DNA of 64,000 nucleotides from Escherichia phage vB_EcoM_Lh1B: sequence record OK428535.1; one strand, 5' to 3'. Shown piece by piece: positions 53,629 to 64,000 of this stretch (position 1 is its first letter; each line of letters starts with the position of its first letter). The notes under the pieces were generated by a model. It saw only the letters and a program-made list of their open reading frames with translations, ran no database searches and was not told where the DNA came from. The position numbers and the translations under genes were made by a program.

Positions 53629-56600
53629 CTAAGAGGCCCACTCACCCGAGTTGTTGCCTTCGTTTCTACGTTCAGTATCCAACGTTTGTAAAATCCAATC
53701 CCATGTCCTGGTGGGGATGTGGAATGGATTACGCTTCTCAATGAGAATCGTCTCGCCACCCGTGCGAAGTTCCACCGGTGTCGTTTCAGTAATCACGAAC
53801 ATCGGATTACCACTACTACCCACACCGTTAATAGTGAACTTCGCTTGTAGCGGCGGCACAGAACCTTCCGGAGGCACGAACACGATGTGAATTGGCTGCA
53901 TCGGTTTCGTGCGGGCAAGAGTCCCAGATATCTGAACAGCTGTTGTCGATGCACTGAAAGGTATAACATTACCCGGAATTTTCTCACTACCCACGACGAT
54001 ATATCCAGGGTAGTTAGAGAGCATTGTCCCATTTACCGACACAAAACGCTCAGTTTGAGTTGGGCGATAAGCCCGCATAAAGCCGTACTTCCATTCACCA
54101 CCGTTAGACGTATAGTCTGCAGGAGCCGACTCAAGTAGCGGAGCACCACGTTTCTGCAGCCCTTTATAAAACGGCGCTGGGAGTTTACCGTTCGGTGCAA
54201 GTTCCGGATAACCCTCACTTGCAGCAGACATCGTGATGTATTCCGTAACCGGGTGATCAACGTTATCTCCAAATGACGCAAAAGGTACCGTTGTTACTGT
54301 CATCTCCTCGTGGCCGGAAGACTGTCTATCTGGTGTCCTTTCAATATACGACTCAAACAGTGAACGTAAATAATGGAAACGATTTATATCCACATCTGAG
54401 ATGATCGGCTGCATCAAACCGTGGTTAATAGTCACGTTGTCTCCAGTTTCAATACCGGAAACGTGGATGGCTAGCGCCCCACCTTTAAAGTAATCGATCG
54501 CATCAAACGGAATGTCGTATTCCATTTCGTAAACCTGCACCAGCGGATTGGCTATCAACTTAGAAACCATTGAGATGCGCAGTACCTGCGTATCAACAAT
54601 GTATCGATAACGTACAAGCCAACGATCTCCAAGCGGCGCAAGCTCACTATCGGTATGAACCGAAAGAAAATCTAAACACTCGGTAGATTGGCTCGTCAGG
54701 TTTTTAATTACCCTCGGATTTTCAAGCACCTTATTTGTAACACTGCCCTGCGTGGTCGAGATGATGCCTCCAGTTGCTTGGTTATAAGGAGACGTGATGA
54801 AGCCACAATTCAATTCTGGACGATTGCCACTCCATCTCAGTACCCTAGTCTTGCTTTTATCATCTGCAGACGGGGCCATGAAGTTTAATGTGATATCGCG
54901 ATCGCGAACAGTTTGCGCTTCCGACAAATCAACATCGACCACCACAGAACCTTCAAACGTCGCCATCCCTTTTTCTTTCGGGTTGCTTGGTGTAAACCAG
55001 CAGTACGGTGATGCGCTTTCTGTGGAGACAACCGCTCCAACAAACACTAGGCTTGAAATGGTGCTATCAAATTTATAATCGAATAACCCTCGGTCTAATC
55101 GAATATAGTGGTTACCAGAAACTGGACTATTAGGGTACGCATAAAGCCACTGTTTAGGCAACGGATCGACTTTGTTTAGCGGTAACATTTTTGGGTTATC
55201 CGTCAACGACCAGTCGGCATTACTCACTCCGTGTGCCAGACGTGTTTCGAAGTGCCGTTTAAGTTCGGACGCCATGCCAAAATCAAACGTCGTTTCAAAC
55301 TCGTAAGTCGTACCTGCAACCAATCCCGTCTCTGGTACATCAATATGTCCGATATAGCCGCGTTCCAAGTTAATACCTTCCGTGTCCACAATAGGTTCGG
55401 CGCGCGAATATAACGCATCGGTTATCATGTTCACATAGAGGTAATGCCTTAAACCATTCGGCGTCTTAACAAACTCCTGCAGGCGGGCAACTTTGGTGTT
55501 TTTATCCGAGGCCCCAACCGCAAAGTCACCGTCGTAAATTGTGAAACGAATTGCGGCTGCTTTAGCGCTATCGTTACACTCGGCACGGAATGCTAAGCAG
55601 TGTTGCTTCCACCCCTCCTTGACAGTCGCCTCCAGATACCCCGCTTCTGTAATACCCGCACCGATAATTTCACCGTCCAGATAAACAGAAACAGCACCAC
55701 CGCCACGAACCCAAATCCGCAGCTTACCAGAGTCGCAACGAACCCACGTTTTCGCCAAGAGGTTAACGACTGACAAATCACCCATTCCGGTTGTCGTTAA
55801 ACCAATCTGCGCACCGTAGTTCGTTTCCGGGACGGCAACCTCAAACCCACTAAAATCAATACCGGCACCGGTATTAATTACCGCGTTCTGCCACGTTCTT
55901 TCCATACGGTTATCTGGAGAGAACCACTGGAACATCGGTGTGGTTTGCAGGTCTATCGAACCAGATACCGTCCCCTCTTTACGTGCGCCATTTAACAGAT
56001 AGAAATAATTCAAATCCGTTATGGCGAGTGTGGTACGTGCTGACCCCACAGTCCAAGTCTTACCACGCACAGCGGCAAAATCGGTCACGGAATCCTCTTT
56101 CGCGTTTGCTAGCGCAGCTGCAACTACGTCTAAACGTTTTGACAAATCGTTCAGAACGTTCGGGGTAACGCCGCGATTACCCGACAAGCCGTTTAGGTTG
56201 GTAGAATATCGAGCGATACCGGGAACTGTTTGAGAAGCCGTTGGGATCTGTAAATCGGCGAAGTTGTGATGATGGCCTTTATCGCTAAGACCGGTAACTG
56301 CTTCTGCCAACGCATCAGAAAGTGGTTTATCGACGTCAGCTGTGTTATCAGCCAAGTCCAGACCCAAATCCTTTTTCGTTAGCGTTCGGCTACCAGTGTC
56401 CATCGGCTGGTTATTCAGCAGCGTTGTCTTCCTGACGTACGAAGACAGATCACCCTCGTACGGTAAGAGCGAAGCTGGGGTGGCTGCTTGTCCTTTGACT
56501 ACATCGCTCGGCTTATCAGTCAGCGTCACAACGCCGGGTTCAGAGGTCGTGGCGGGTTTGGCTGTAACCTTCCCGGTGACGGGATCGGCTTTTGACCCTT

Positions 56601-57759
56601 TGCCCGTGAAAGTAATACCGTTCACCCCGCTAATGTACAGTTTGTTGTCATCCGGGTCAACGGTACCGCCGCCGGTACCAGGGTCTTGTTGATAGCCCAT
56701 GAGAGCGGTGGTGGTCAGCAACGTTGTTCCGTTAAGTGTCAGCTTATCCATCCCCAAGGCACTGCCGGTTGACTCAATACGTAACGTATTGATGCCTGCT
56801 TTCCACTCCATAAACCGGACGGTTCCAGTAGTGTCAGCATACCCACACGCCAGCACGACAGAGCCATTAGATTTAAGAGTGAATGCCTCAGCAGAGAACA
56901 CAATTTCGGATTCGCCAGCAGGAGAACGGAACAGGGCACGAGTACCAGATATCGTCGCGTTAAACACCCCTTTGGATTCTTTCGATACCCATTTAGAAAT
57001 GTACTTGTCGATATCCGATTGTTGCAGGCCCAGTGCACGGACCTCGCTGGTTAATTGACGCAACGTCTTTCCATACGCCAGGAAAGTATCTGGCGTTTTC
57101 AGGTTGACAGGATGCGCCCCGGCCTGCGCCGCGGTAGTCCCATGAGGGTTAGTGGACGCAATGTGTCCGGGGTAGTTAAATGTGGCGATTTCAGTTCCTA
57201 AGCCCAGAACCGTATCTTTCAGCTCGGTAAGCTTTTCACGAATCTGCTCGTTGGCCGCCCCGGCATCTAACTCCACATCATGCACTGCAGAGGCAACATA
57301 CTTTTTATTCAGCATGTCTGACCAAGCTACCGCTGCGGGGGTGGCTGGGTACAGGGAAGGTCGATTACCTAAAAGCAGCCAATCTGCAGCCGTTGGATTG
57401 TTGAGAGCCTTAATTAACTCATCCAACATCTCAATCAGACCACTGTAAAACGTACCCCCGAGCATCTGGCCTTCAAAGACCACTGCACCACGCAGTTTAG
57501 GGTTAATAAGATGCACCCCACAGAACACCGGGGTCGTCACCGAGTCGTCCAACGGCGTTAAAGCATACTCCAGCTCATAGTCCGTCCCGCGGGTAAGCGG
57601 TATGGTCGAGCCGGCGAGCATTACCACCAATCCTTCGAAAAATGGGCGATGATCTAGCATCACCACCCGATCGTTAGGATTGTCGGAGTCGATGATACGT
57701 TCCTCGATGAAGTGACACTCGGGATTTACACCCCGAGGATCGTAAGGATACGTTTTCAT
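53629..57759 (-). CDS. Large tail fibre/spike-like protein (1376 aa) with gp17-like N-terminal motif
   Basis: N-terminus HRPFFEGLVVMLAGSTIPLTRGTDYELEYAL; AAGGAG Shine-Dalgarno; uninterrupted 4.1 kb ORF. Confidence 0.8.
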   Translation of the reverse strand: MKTYPYDPRGVNPECHFIEERIIDSDNPNDRVVMLDHRPFFEGLVVMLAGSTIPLTRGTDYELEYALTPLDDSVTTPVFCGVHLINPKLRGAVVFEGQMLGGTFYSGLIEMLDELIKALNNPTAADWLLLGNRPSLYPATPAAVAWSDMLNKKYVASAVHDVELDAGAANEQIREKLTELKDTVLGLGTEIATFNYPGHIASTNPHGTTAAQAGAHPVNLKTPDTFLAYGKTLRQLTSEVRALGLQQSDIDKYISKWVSKESKGVFNATISGTRALFRSPAGESEIVFSAEAFTLKSNGSVVLACGYADTTGTVRFMEWKAGINTLRIESTGSALGMDKLTLNGTTLLTTTALMGYQQDPGTGGGTVDPDDNKLYISGVNGITFTGKGSKADPVTGKVTAKPATTSEPGVVTLTDKPSDVVKGQAATPASLLPYEGDLSSYVRKTTLLNNQPMDTGSRTLTKKDLGLDLADNTADVDKPLSDALAEAVTGLSDKGHHHNFADLQIPTASQTVPGIARYSTNLNGLSGNRGVTPNVLNDLSKRLDVVAAALANAKEDSVTDFAAVRGKTWTVGSARTTLAITDLNYFYLLNGARKEGTVSGSIDLQTTPMFQWFSPDNRMERTWQNAVINTGAGIDFSGFEVAVPETNYGAQIGLTTTGMGDLSVVNLLAKTWVRCDSGKLRIWVRGGGAVSVYLDGEIIGAGITEAGYLEATVKEGWKQHCLAFRAECNDSAKAAAIRFTIYDGDFAVGASDKNTKVARLQEFVKTPNGLRHYLYVNMITDALYSRAEPIVDTEGINLERGYIGHIDVPETGLVAGTTYEFETTFDFGMASELKRHFETRLAHGVSNADWSLTDNPKMLPLNKVDPLPKQWLYAYPNSPVSGNHYIRLDRGLFDYKFDSTISSLVFVGAVVSTESASPYCWFTPSNPKEKGMATFEGSVVVDVDLSEAQTVRDRDITLNFMAPSADDKSKTRVLRWSGNRPELNCGFITSPYNQATGGIISTTQGSVTNKVLENPRVIKNLTSQSTECLDFLSVHTDSELAPLGDRWLVRYRYIVDTQVLRISMVSKLIANPLVQVYEMEYDIPFDAIDYFKGGALAIHVSGIETGDNVTINHGLMQPIISDVDINRFHYLRSLFESYIERTPDRQSSGHEEMTVTTVPFASFGDNVDHPVTEYITMSAASEGYPELAPNGKLPAPFYKGLQKRGAPLLESAPADYTSNGGEWKYGFMRAYRPTQTERFVSVNGTMLSNYPGYIVVGSEKIPGNVIPFSASTTAVQISGTLARTKPMQPIHIVFVPPEGSVPPLQAKFTINGVGSSGNPMFVITETTPVELRTGGETILIEKRNPFHIPTRTWDWILQTLDTERRNEGNNSGEWAS

Positions 57760-57771
57760 TCAAAAATCTCC

Positions 57772-60700
57772 TTAATCACGAATAATAAGTGTTCGACCTG
57801 ACGTGTTTTTCGGATTGAACGTCATCATCTTGGATGGGTGCGCCGCCGGTGGAATTTTACCTGTATCCACTGGTCGGAACGAACTGTATGAATAGTTGCA
57901 CATCGCGCTGTTCATCTCATTAATCGTTGAACCTGCATCCACCACGCCAGTAAAGAATCTTGCGCGGTTTAAGCCGGAATAGTTAATCGCATAGTCAAGG
58001 AACGTGGCGTAATAACGATTCTTTGTCGGCATCGTGTTCAGGTTAGCGTAAGTCAAACGCGCTTCTGTGTCGGAACTAAACAAACCACCCACGCCGTGAT
58101 AAATCGGCGTACTCGGATCGGTAATCAGTTTCGTCAAGTCGATATAGTCAGGACGGAGACGGGTAGACAAATCCTCAGTCCACGACTCGCCGGTCGACTG
58201 CAAGGTGTATTTCAGCGTCTTTGTTGTCGCGGTTAGCGTCAGCTCAAAGTTGATCGTTTTGGAATCGATGTTAATCGTTCCCACGAACGAAATACCGTCC
58301 GCTGTTCGCGCGTGGCTGAAACGCACCGATGGATTAAGTGCCGTCCAGTCATGGCCGGAACCAGTGACGCCGTTCAAGCCAATAACAACCTGTGCAGCAC
58401 GTCCGTAGTTAACCGCGATTCCCGCATACGTGCTCACGCCGCCTGGAGTGGTAATACGCCCTGCGGTGCGTGCGACGAGTACAGAAATACGGTGCATGAA
58501 CGTGGCCGAGTGATGGCAACACCCAATTACCGTTTCTAGCACACTGTCCGCTGTTGCGGTTAAAGGTGTCCACGTCGCGGTAATGCCGTTATTCTGGAAC
58601 ATCGGGAATGTGTTGTGGACAAAACGATAATNGGTTACAGATAAACTGGTTGTTTTAAACGTCCATTTATCAGCAGCCGGATCGTAGTCCGCTTTCAACA
58701 TAGGCGTATAGCTGCTAGCCTGCGCGTAACGCCAATCGGCATCTATACGTTTTGTACCCGGTGCACCCGTGGACCACACAGGCCCGCCCGTACCGTAAGT
58801 AAATCCGAAATCAGCTTGCGTCATGCCCCGACGAATATGGGCGTTATCATCCTCGATATGCTCGCCTAATTCACGGAACTCACCTAAACGCGTCACGTTG
58901 CGGATTTCTACAAAAACCACACCGGTTTCACTGGTGACGATGGAACCTATTTTGGTCATCGTCTCAGTTTCTGCCGTGTTTGGATTTTCGTAGATAATGT
59001 ACTTGCCATCATNGCCCGCCGCGTCAACATACACGCCAAACTCGGCATCTTCGTGCGTCGCTGGGAATAGCTCAGCCAAGTTAAATGTGGAGAGAGGTAC
59101 TTTGTACTCGCGACCAACGAAATAATCGTTCGCTTTAATAGTAACCATCCAGTCGGTGTAAGTGATGCCGTTTTCAATGATATCCGTGCCGGGTAAACCG
59201 TAACGAATAATGTTGATTGAAGCACCAGAGTCGACTGTCTTCGCAACCTTCTCTATCTCTGTGATGGCGTCCGCCTGTCGGATGACCTCAGCGCCGTCTA
59301 ATGCCAGCGTGGCATCGTCAACCGCGGTGCCGAACTGTACTAAACCGAACTCCGTCGTTGTTGCACGCTTAATCCCGAGCGCATCAGGAGTGTGTGTGTG
59401 ACCGACGACTGCATACTTGTCCAGCTCAGCTCGTTGGAGCGGGGAAATCGGCAATTGCACATCTGGGATGTTCTGTACGTTCGATAAGCCGAAGTTAGTT
59501 TTATCGATGTAAATGGAACNCGTCAGCGGCATGTCGTTGATGTACGATTTAACGGCAACCAACTTGCCCGTAAACTGCTGATCCAATTTCTTGATGAGTG
59601 CCGGCGTTGCGGCCAAGTCCTCACGATCACCGAATTCAGTAGCCAACAAACGGACAGCCATCAGGCCAAGGTCATCGGACTCCGGTGGAACAAAAGTACA
59701 AATGAACGGAACAGACTGAATACCGTTACCGTTAATGGTTACAGTAGCTGTGGATGTTCCGTAAAACAGTCCATCACCACCCGACTCGTTACCCGGCAGG
59801 TACGGCCCGACCGTAGTAGGGTCCAACAGTTTCTTACCGTTGAACTCCAATCCACGGGAATCCGGATAAAGGATGAGTTGGTTAGCCCCACCTTGCCATG
59901 TAATCGGATTGTTCCCGGCGTTAACGGTTTGCGAATCGCGTCCAATAAAACGNATAACCCTCGGGTCAACCGTAAATTGTGCACCCACGCCTTCAGACTC
60001 ATCGGTACCCACTGCCGACGTTATTGAAGTCAGGCCAGGCTTCATGCCGAACGTGCCGTTGATAGACTGTGCAGCCGTCGGTAAACGTAAAAGCTTATTC
60101 GCCAGCGCTGACAGTTTCGGCAACAGATTGTTAACGTAATCTGTCAGCTGCGGTTGCGTTTTTCCGTATACCAGTGTCGCGTCCGAAGCAATACCGTTAT
60201 TCTCCAAAGCACGGATTGCGCCCCACGAATCGCGATGCGGGTTATCCTTGCGCGGCACGTGTGTGTGTGCCGGTGCATCACGGTACAGTTTATCGACAAT
60301 CTGGTGATATTTTACCAGCAGCTGGTACACGTCATTGTTAACGTCAGGTGACGGTGCGCCTGGTAATGAACGAATCTGGACGTAATCGTTCTCACCCGCC
60401 CACCAGTTTAGGTTGACGCCCGATTTAAACTTCAACCATTTAGCGACATCAGTTTTCTGATACCCTGGTGCAAATTCGCTCGGCGGGTTGTCAACGTTAA
60501 AGCTGTAGTTAACGGTTTGCTTGCTTGTTTTAACGGTGATGTCGTAAATGCCGTTACCTTCGCGTCTGACCACGCTAAACTCAACCTCACCCGCCAACTC
60601 GGCATCGGTCAGGCCAGTCGTCAACGTATAGCTGTAATTAGACGAACCGGAACCAATCGCTGTCGTTAAGGTAAGATAAATCGCGCGTTGCTTCAACTGA

Positions 60701-61485
60701 AGACGCAGGATACTTGCCCCACCGTTTGCGTAACAGAGCATCCAATCGATCAACTCGCCTGGATTCAACGTTGTTTCCGGTGGAATGCTCGGTAAACGGT
60801 ATTTTACCGCTAACGAATACGCACCGAACGTCGTGTTCTGGTAAGATAACGAATAACGACGACGCGACGCGTTATACGTGTAGCCGCCAGTACCGTCGTA
60901 CGTCGCATACTGCTCGGATGTGATAAGCGTGACACCGGCGCGATATTGAAGGTCTAACGTGTTACGAGCAATCGGGTCAACGCGACTGATCGCTTCACCG
61001 AGCTTAGCACCAACCGCAACAATGGCTTCCATCAACTCGGATTCGCCACGCCAGTTTTCCCAGTCGAACTTAATATCGACCGGTGGGAAATATAAGTCCC
61101 CAATGACGTTATCCCATTGGCAGTCTACGGGATAGCGATCTTTATTCGCTTCTCGTTCTGCGGCGATCATTTCTGCAGTGGCTTCACCGATGCCAATTGC
61201 GTGGTAATCGAGTGTAAAGCCACTCTGATATTTCGGGTTGGTAATCCACACGCCGCCGTGACAAACATGGCCAGTGCGTGCCATGCCCGTAACGTACGCA
61301 TGGGTGATGACGTAATCATCACCTAATGTTAATTTCTTGCCGCCACTCTTGACCACCAGGGATGTGGTATAAAAGGGGGCGTGTGCGGGGAACAGCATCC
61401 GGTACTTAGTACCGATCGGCGTTACCGCTTCACCGGTCTGCATATTCCCCGGTTCTTGATAGTGCGGGTCAGGGACGACAGCCAT
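57772..61485 (-). CDS. Large tail fibre/spike-like protein (1237 aa) with gp17-like N-terminal motif
   Basis: N-terminus MLFPAHAPFYTTSLVVKSGGKKLTLGDDYVITHAY; AAGGAG Shine-Dalgarno; first gene of the minus-strand operon. Confidence 0.8.
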   Translation of the reverse strand: MAVVPDPHYQEPGNMQTGEAVTPIGTKYRMLFPAHAPFYTTSLVVKSGGKKLTLGDDYVITHAYVTGMARTGHVCHGGVWITNPKYQSGFTLDYHAIGIGEATAEMIAAEREANKDRYPVDCQWDNVIGDLYFPPVDIKFDWENWRGESELMEAIVAVGAKLGEAISRVDPIARNTLDLQYRAGVTLITSEQYATYDGTGGYTYNASRRRYSLSYQNTTFGAYSLAVKYRLPSIPPETTLNPGELIDWMLCYANGGASILRLQLKQRAIYLTLTTAIGSGSSNYSYTLTTGLTDAELAGEVEFSVVRREGNGIYDITVKTSKQTVNYSFNVDNPPSEFAPGYQKTDVAKWLKFKSGVNLNWWAGENDYVQIRSLPGAPSPDVNNDVYQLLVKYHQIVDKLYRDAPAHTHVPRKDNPHRDSWGAIRALENNGIASDATLVYGKTQPQLTDYVNNLLPKLSALANKLLRLPTAAQSINGTFGMKPGLTSITSAVGTDESEGVGAQFTVDPRVXRFIGRDSQTVNAGNNPITWQGGANQLILYPDSRGLEFNGKKLLDPTTVGPYLPGNESGGDGLFYGTSTATVTINGNGIQSVPFICTFVPPESDDLGLMAVRLLATEFGDREDLAATPALIKKLDQQFTGKLVAVKSYINDMPLTXSIYIDKTNFGLSNVQNIPDVQLPISPLQRAELDKYAVVGHTHTPDALGIKRATTTEFGLVQFGTAVDDATLALDGAEVIRQADAITEIEKVAKTVDSGASINIIRYGLPGTDIIENGITYTDWMVTIKANDYFVGREYKVPLSTFNLAELFPATHEDAEFGVYVDAAGXDGKYIIYENPNTAETETMTKIGSIVTSETGVVFVEIRNVTRLGEFRELGEHIEDDNAHIRRGMTQADFGFTYGTGGPVWSTGAPGTKRIDADWRYAQASSYTPMLKADYDPAADKWTFKTTSLSVTXYRFVHNTFPMFQNNGITATWTPLTATADSVLETVIGCCHHSATFMHRISVLVARTAGRITTPGGVSTYAGIAVNYGRAAQVVIGLNGVTGSGHDWTALNPSVRFSHARTADGISFVGTINIDSKTINFELTLTATTKTLKYTLQSTGESWTEDLSTRLRPDYIDLTKLITDPSTPIYHGVGGLFSSDTEARLTYANLNTMPTKNRYYATFLDYAINYSGLNRARFFTGVVDAGSTINEMNSAMCNYSYSSFRPVDTGKIPPAAHPSKMMTFNPKNTSGRTLIIRD

Positions 61486-61552
61486 TTTACACTCCTTTTC
61501 TCTGAGGGCGTCGAGTTCATACTATGACCCGAATCCTTAGAGGAAACAGCCA

Positions 61553-62815
61553 ATGACTACTGCTTATCAAGTGCGGGCCGACAGCGCTTTTGGCTTCTCT
61601 CGAGACACCCGAACTTGGGGAACCATCGATGTCACGCAGCCCTTAAATACCCTTTGTGCTAACTACCACTTTTTCGAAGTAGGACTAGAAGCACTAGGTG
61701 CTGAATACACCTTCTATAGCCAGTATCACCTGGCTGATTTACAAAACCGTACGGACACGTTGCAAGATTGGTTAAACACCAANNCAGGAACCCCGATTCC
61801 CACGCTTGGGAAGGGCCTNCCGAANCTCNAATTNNTTGNGGCANATTACCAGTCTATTAATGCAGATGTGCCCGTAGAAACGCACCTGTGCCCTCCTGGG
61901 TACCACTACACTCAGGACTTCAATCCTGATGATGCACACGACGTTGTTGTAGTCTGCGACGATGAGTGGAAAGAGAAATACCGTACTGGGGTACTGTACA
62001 ACATCAACGGTCAATGGGTACCGCACCAATCTGACCCAGTGGGTGTTCGCTTAACCGGCGCTGGTAACATCGTGCGGAGAGCCAACACACCCNACANCGG
62101 CNGTCTAGTGATGGCGAATATTGGTAAAGTGAAGACTTACCCCATATCCGGTTTAACGATGAACAAACTCGATACTACGCGAGATTACTATTCTTCGTTA
62201 ATGTTGACCTTACCCGATTCCATTACAGGGAAAACCGTTGGGTTCGTCATCGGGGGTATTCTGCATTGGTTGCCACCGCAGGGCTATTTCAGCGACCGTG
62301 CGATTATGCTGAGTCTGCCAAACCTTAGCGTGGCGAAGATTGTATTGGAAACCCGTCGCTATTACGATTGGGACGCCATCGGTGTAGGTGATTTAAGTAC
62401 GCCTACGTCCGTTCAACGTATTCGTAACTCAGAAACGTTAAAAGCGTTGCTGACGCACGAATCCTCGTTTATCTTTACGATAGACAACCCGTATCTCGAA
62501 AAAGAGATTCACGGAATAAGCCACAACGCTATCTGGGGCCGGTTCTATTTAAAAGACCCGACTGACCCAGATGGGAAGAAGACGCTAGGTCCTATCTTTA
62601 ACCGTATTGGTAAATGTGTAGGGTACTGGCCGACCTGGGAAGAAGGGGAGTGGGTCTTTAATACCACATTCTTCGACCGGGAAAACTTTTTNTTGGGGAA
62701 CGCACGTTGGTNTAACCAGAATTTGGNAAANGACNCNCAGGNAATNGNNGGGCCTTTCGGGGNTTGGGGTAAGCCGTTTNTTGAAATGCATCGCTACAAA
62801 GNAAGAAAAAAATAA
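61553..62815 (+). CDS. Hypothetical protein, possibly structural
   Basis: 420-aa ORF divergent from the fibre operon; N clusters in the middle and at the 3' end. Confidence 0.55.
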   Translation: MTTAYQVRADSAFGFSRDTRTWGTIDVTQPLNTLCANYHFFEVGLEALGAEYTFYSQYHLADLQNRTDTLQDWLNTXXGTPIPTLGKGXPXLXXXXAXYQSINADVPVETHLCPPGYHYTQDFNPDDAHDVVVVCDDEWKEKYRTGVLYNINGQWVPHQSDPVGVRLTGAGNIVRRANTPXXGXLVMANIGKVKTYPISGLTMNKLDTTRDYYSSLMLTLPDSITGKTVGFVIGGILHWLPPQGYFSDRAIMLSLPNLSVAKIVLETRRYYDWDAIGVGDLSTPTSVQRIRNSETLKALLTHESSFIFTIDNPYLEKEIHGISHNAIWGRFYLKDPTDPDGKKTLGPIFNRIGKCVGYWPTWEEGEWVFNTTFFDRENFXLGNARWXNQNLXXDXQXXXGPFGXWGKPFXEMHRYKXRKK

Positions 62816-62823
62816 AAGGTAAA

Positions 62824-62860
62824 CCCTACTCCCAATGGGAGNAGGGNACCTATATNTTTT
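62824..62860. terminator. Hairpin terminator between convergent genes
   Basis: ccctactccc-aatg-ggag.aggg stem followed by a T9 run; contains Ns. Confidence 0.55.
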
Positions 62861-62877
62861 TTTTGCCNGNNGGCCGA

Positions 62878-63087
62878 TTACGCGTTTACNTAATANATGG
62901 CGTTGCCGAACATTTTGTTGTTGCCGCCACAAGCGGTAACTTTAAATGCTACGCCGCCTTCAGCTTCGGCTTTCTTAGCCAGCGCTTCGGTAACTTCGGT
63001 AACGGTGCTCAGTCCAGAAACCTGAACGGTGCCTGCTTCTACCAGACCAGAAACGTCGCTGCCTGCGGTGATTTCACGAATGCTCAT
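62878..63087 (-). CDS. DUF1471 (BhsA/YdgH/McbA)-like small protein
   Basis: AGTVQVSGLSTVTEVTEALAKKAEAEGGVAFKVTA...G resembles the BhsA-type domain; no signal peptide seen; Ns at the 3' end. Confidence 0.5.
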   Translation of the reverse strand: MSIREITAGSDVSGLVEAGTVQVSGLSTVTEVTEALAKKAEAEGGVAFKVTACGGNNKMFGNAXYXVNA

Positions 63088-63295
63088 TTACTTATCTCCA
63101 TTAACAAATGATAGCAGAAGAACCCTATGTTCAACTACTTGTACTTCGAGGCATATTAACTGCCCCGTCTCGTAAATTAGTTGACAATAAACCGGCTTTT
63201 GTGCGAAAAAAGTGGCTAACCGTGTACAAGCGATTTGGGTTATCGTTNCAGTTAGGNGGTTTATTGTCACAATATACAGCTCACACGTAATTAAA

Positions 63296-63970
63296 TTAGT
63301 GCGGTGTGCTAGTGTCGTTGCCCGGACCATGGCCAGTATGCAAGTGAAGACTAAAGGTAATGCCGCCGATAACCGATTCGGTAACTGTGAATGTACCCTT
63401 ACCTTCACCCTTGCCATTATAGAGGAAATCCTTACCTACTTCCAGGTTGCCGGTAAATAGATTCGTTGGACAATCGGTCTTCCAGTCTTCAGTCGTCCAT
63501 GCCATGTTTTTCGACGCTGTAGAGTTGCGAGTTTCGCACTTCTCGTTAATCGTTTTTGTCTCGAGATTAATAGAACGTTTAGCATAAATGAAAGCGTCCT
63601 CTTTATTGATATTAACCTTCGATCGGCAGGCGTTTTCAAACCCTAAGTCATCCTCTGGGGAGTTAAGGTAGAACTTACGCCCTTCGTCATCTACTAACTG
63701 GAAAAACCCATCGCGTGTGTTCAATTGAAATAGATACGCATTTTTCTCACCGTTAGTCATACTGGTACGTAAAGTAACGTGACCATCCATCGGGGAGATA
63801 TTCAGTACGTAGGCGTTAGAGAGGTCATCGGCCATCTGGTTTACTGGGTCAGCAGACCAGGCGTATACCCCATCTTCCAGTCGCTTAACGTTACTGTTGT
63901 TTAAATCTTCCCAGAAGTACATATCAGTTTCACCGATACGCCAGATTCTTACGTAGTCTTCTTTTTTCAC
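63296..63970 (-). CDS. Hypothetical protein, 5' end possibly beyond the window
   Basis: 224-aa ORF whose track start is a GTG 30 nt from the window edge with a weak RBS. Confidence 0.45.
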   Translation of the reverse strand: MKKEDYVRIWRIGETDMYFWEDLNNSNVKRLEDGVYAWSADPVNQMADDLSNAYVLNISPMDGHVTLRTSMTNGEKNAYLFQLNTRDGFFQLVDDEGRKFYLNSPEDDLGFENACRSKVNINKEDAFIYAKRSINLETKTINEKCETRNSTASKNMAWTTEDWKTDCPTNLFTGNLEVGKDFLYNGKGEGKGTFTVTESVIGGITFSLHLHTGHGPGNDTSTPH

Positions 63971-64000
63971 ATCCGGAGGGTTAACCCGGTTGCTGTTGGA

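Noticed and set aside
48618-60923. Many 60-140 aa ORFs in the track that lie inside or antisense to the three giant fibre genes (for example 49052-49372, 51951-52379, 56342-56692, 58956-59246)
   Set aside because: Each lies inside a long uninterrupted ORF with RBS-supported starts; they lack RBSs and have skewed composition typical of out-of-frame translation.
1-64000. Prophage or mobile-element hallmarks (integrase, transposase, att repeats) and tRNA/rRNA genes
   Set aside because: No integrase or transposase motifs were found, and intergenic regions are short and filled by terminators or promoter-like elements; nothing suggested a cloverleaf. This is a by-eye conclusion, not a tRNA scan.

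Overview
This window reads as part of a large virulent-type dsDNA phage genome (no integrase, rRNA, tRNA or CRISPR seen). Nothing was computed or searched; all calls come from reading the six-frame track and the sequence by eye. Scattered N runs (X in translations) blur several starts and motifs. Layout: (1) 0.1-21.5 kb, plus strand: many small early/middle-type genes separated by GC-rich hairpin + T-run terminators and a recurring promoter-like motif (TTTCAGATAKATRTTA); recognisable products are a thymidylate-kinase-like NMP kinase, a Dam methyltransferase, a GNAT acetyltransferase, a truncated HslU-like fragment and a PP-loop ATPase. (2) 21.6-38.1 kb, plus strand: a tandem array of at least 15 modular paralogous genes (families A, B, C, D) that look like diversified virion or receptor-binding proteins, ending in a glycine-rich adhesin-like protein. 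(3) 38.2-40.3 kb: lysis module with a GH108-type endolysin, small membrane peptides and an M15-type peptidase, followed by an oppositely oriented lipoprotein gene. (4) 41.7-61.5 kb, minus strand: four tail-fibre-like proteins (about 400, 1237, 1376 and 1742 aa) sharing a T7 gp17-like N-terminal anchor motif, followed in the same orientation by three Cys-rich leader/core peptides, two radical SAM enzymes (one with a SPASM-like C-terminus) and three unknown proteins. That last block is the strongest candidate for an undescribed system: a phage-encoded radical-SAM peptide-maturation (RiPP-like) cassette embedded in the tail-fibre operon.
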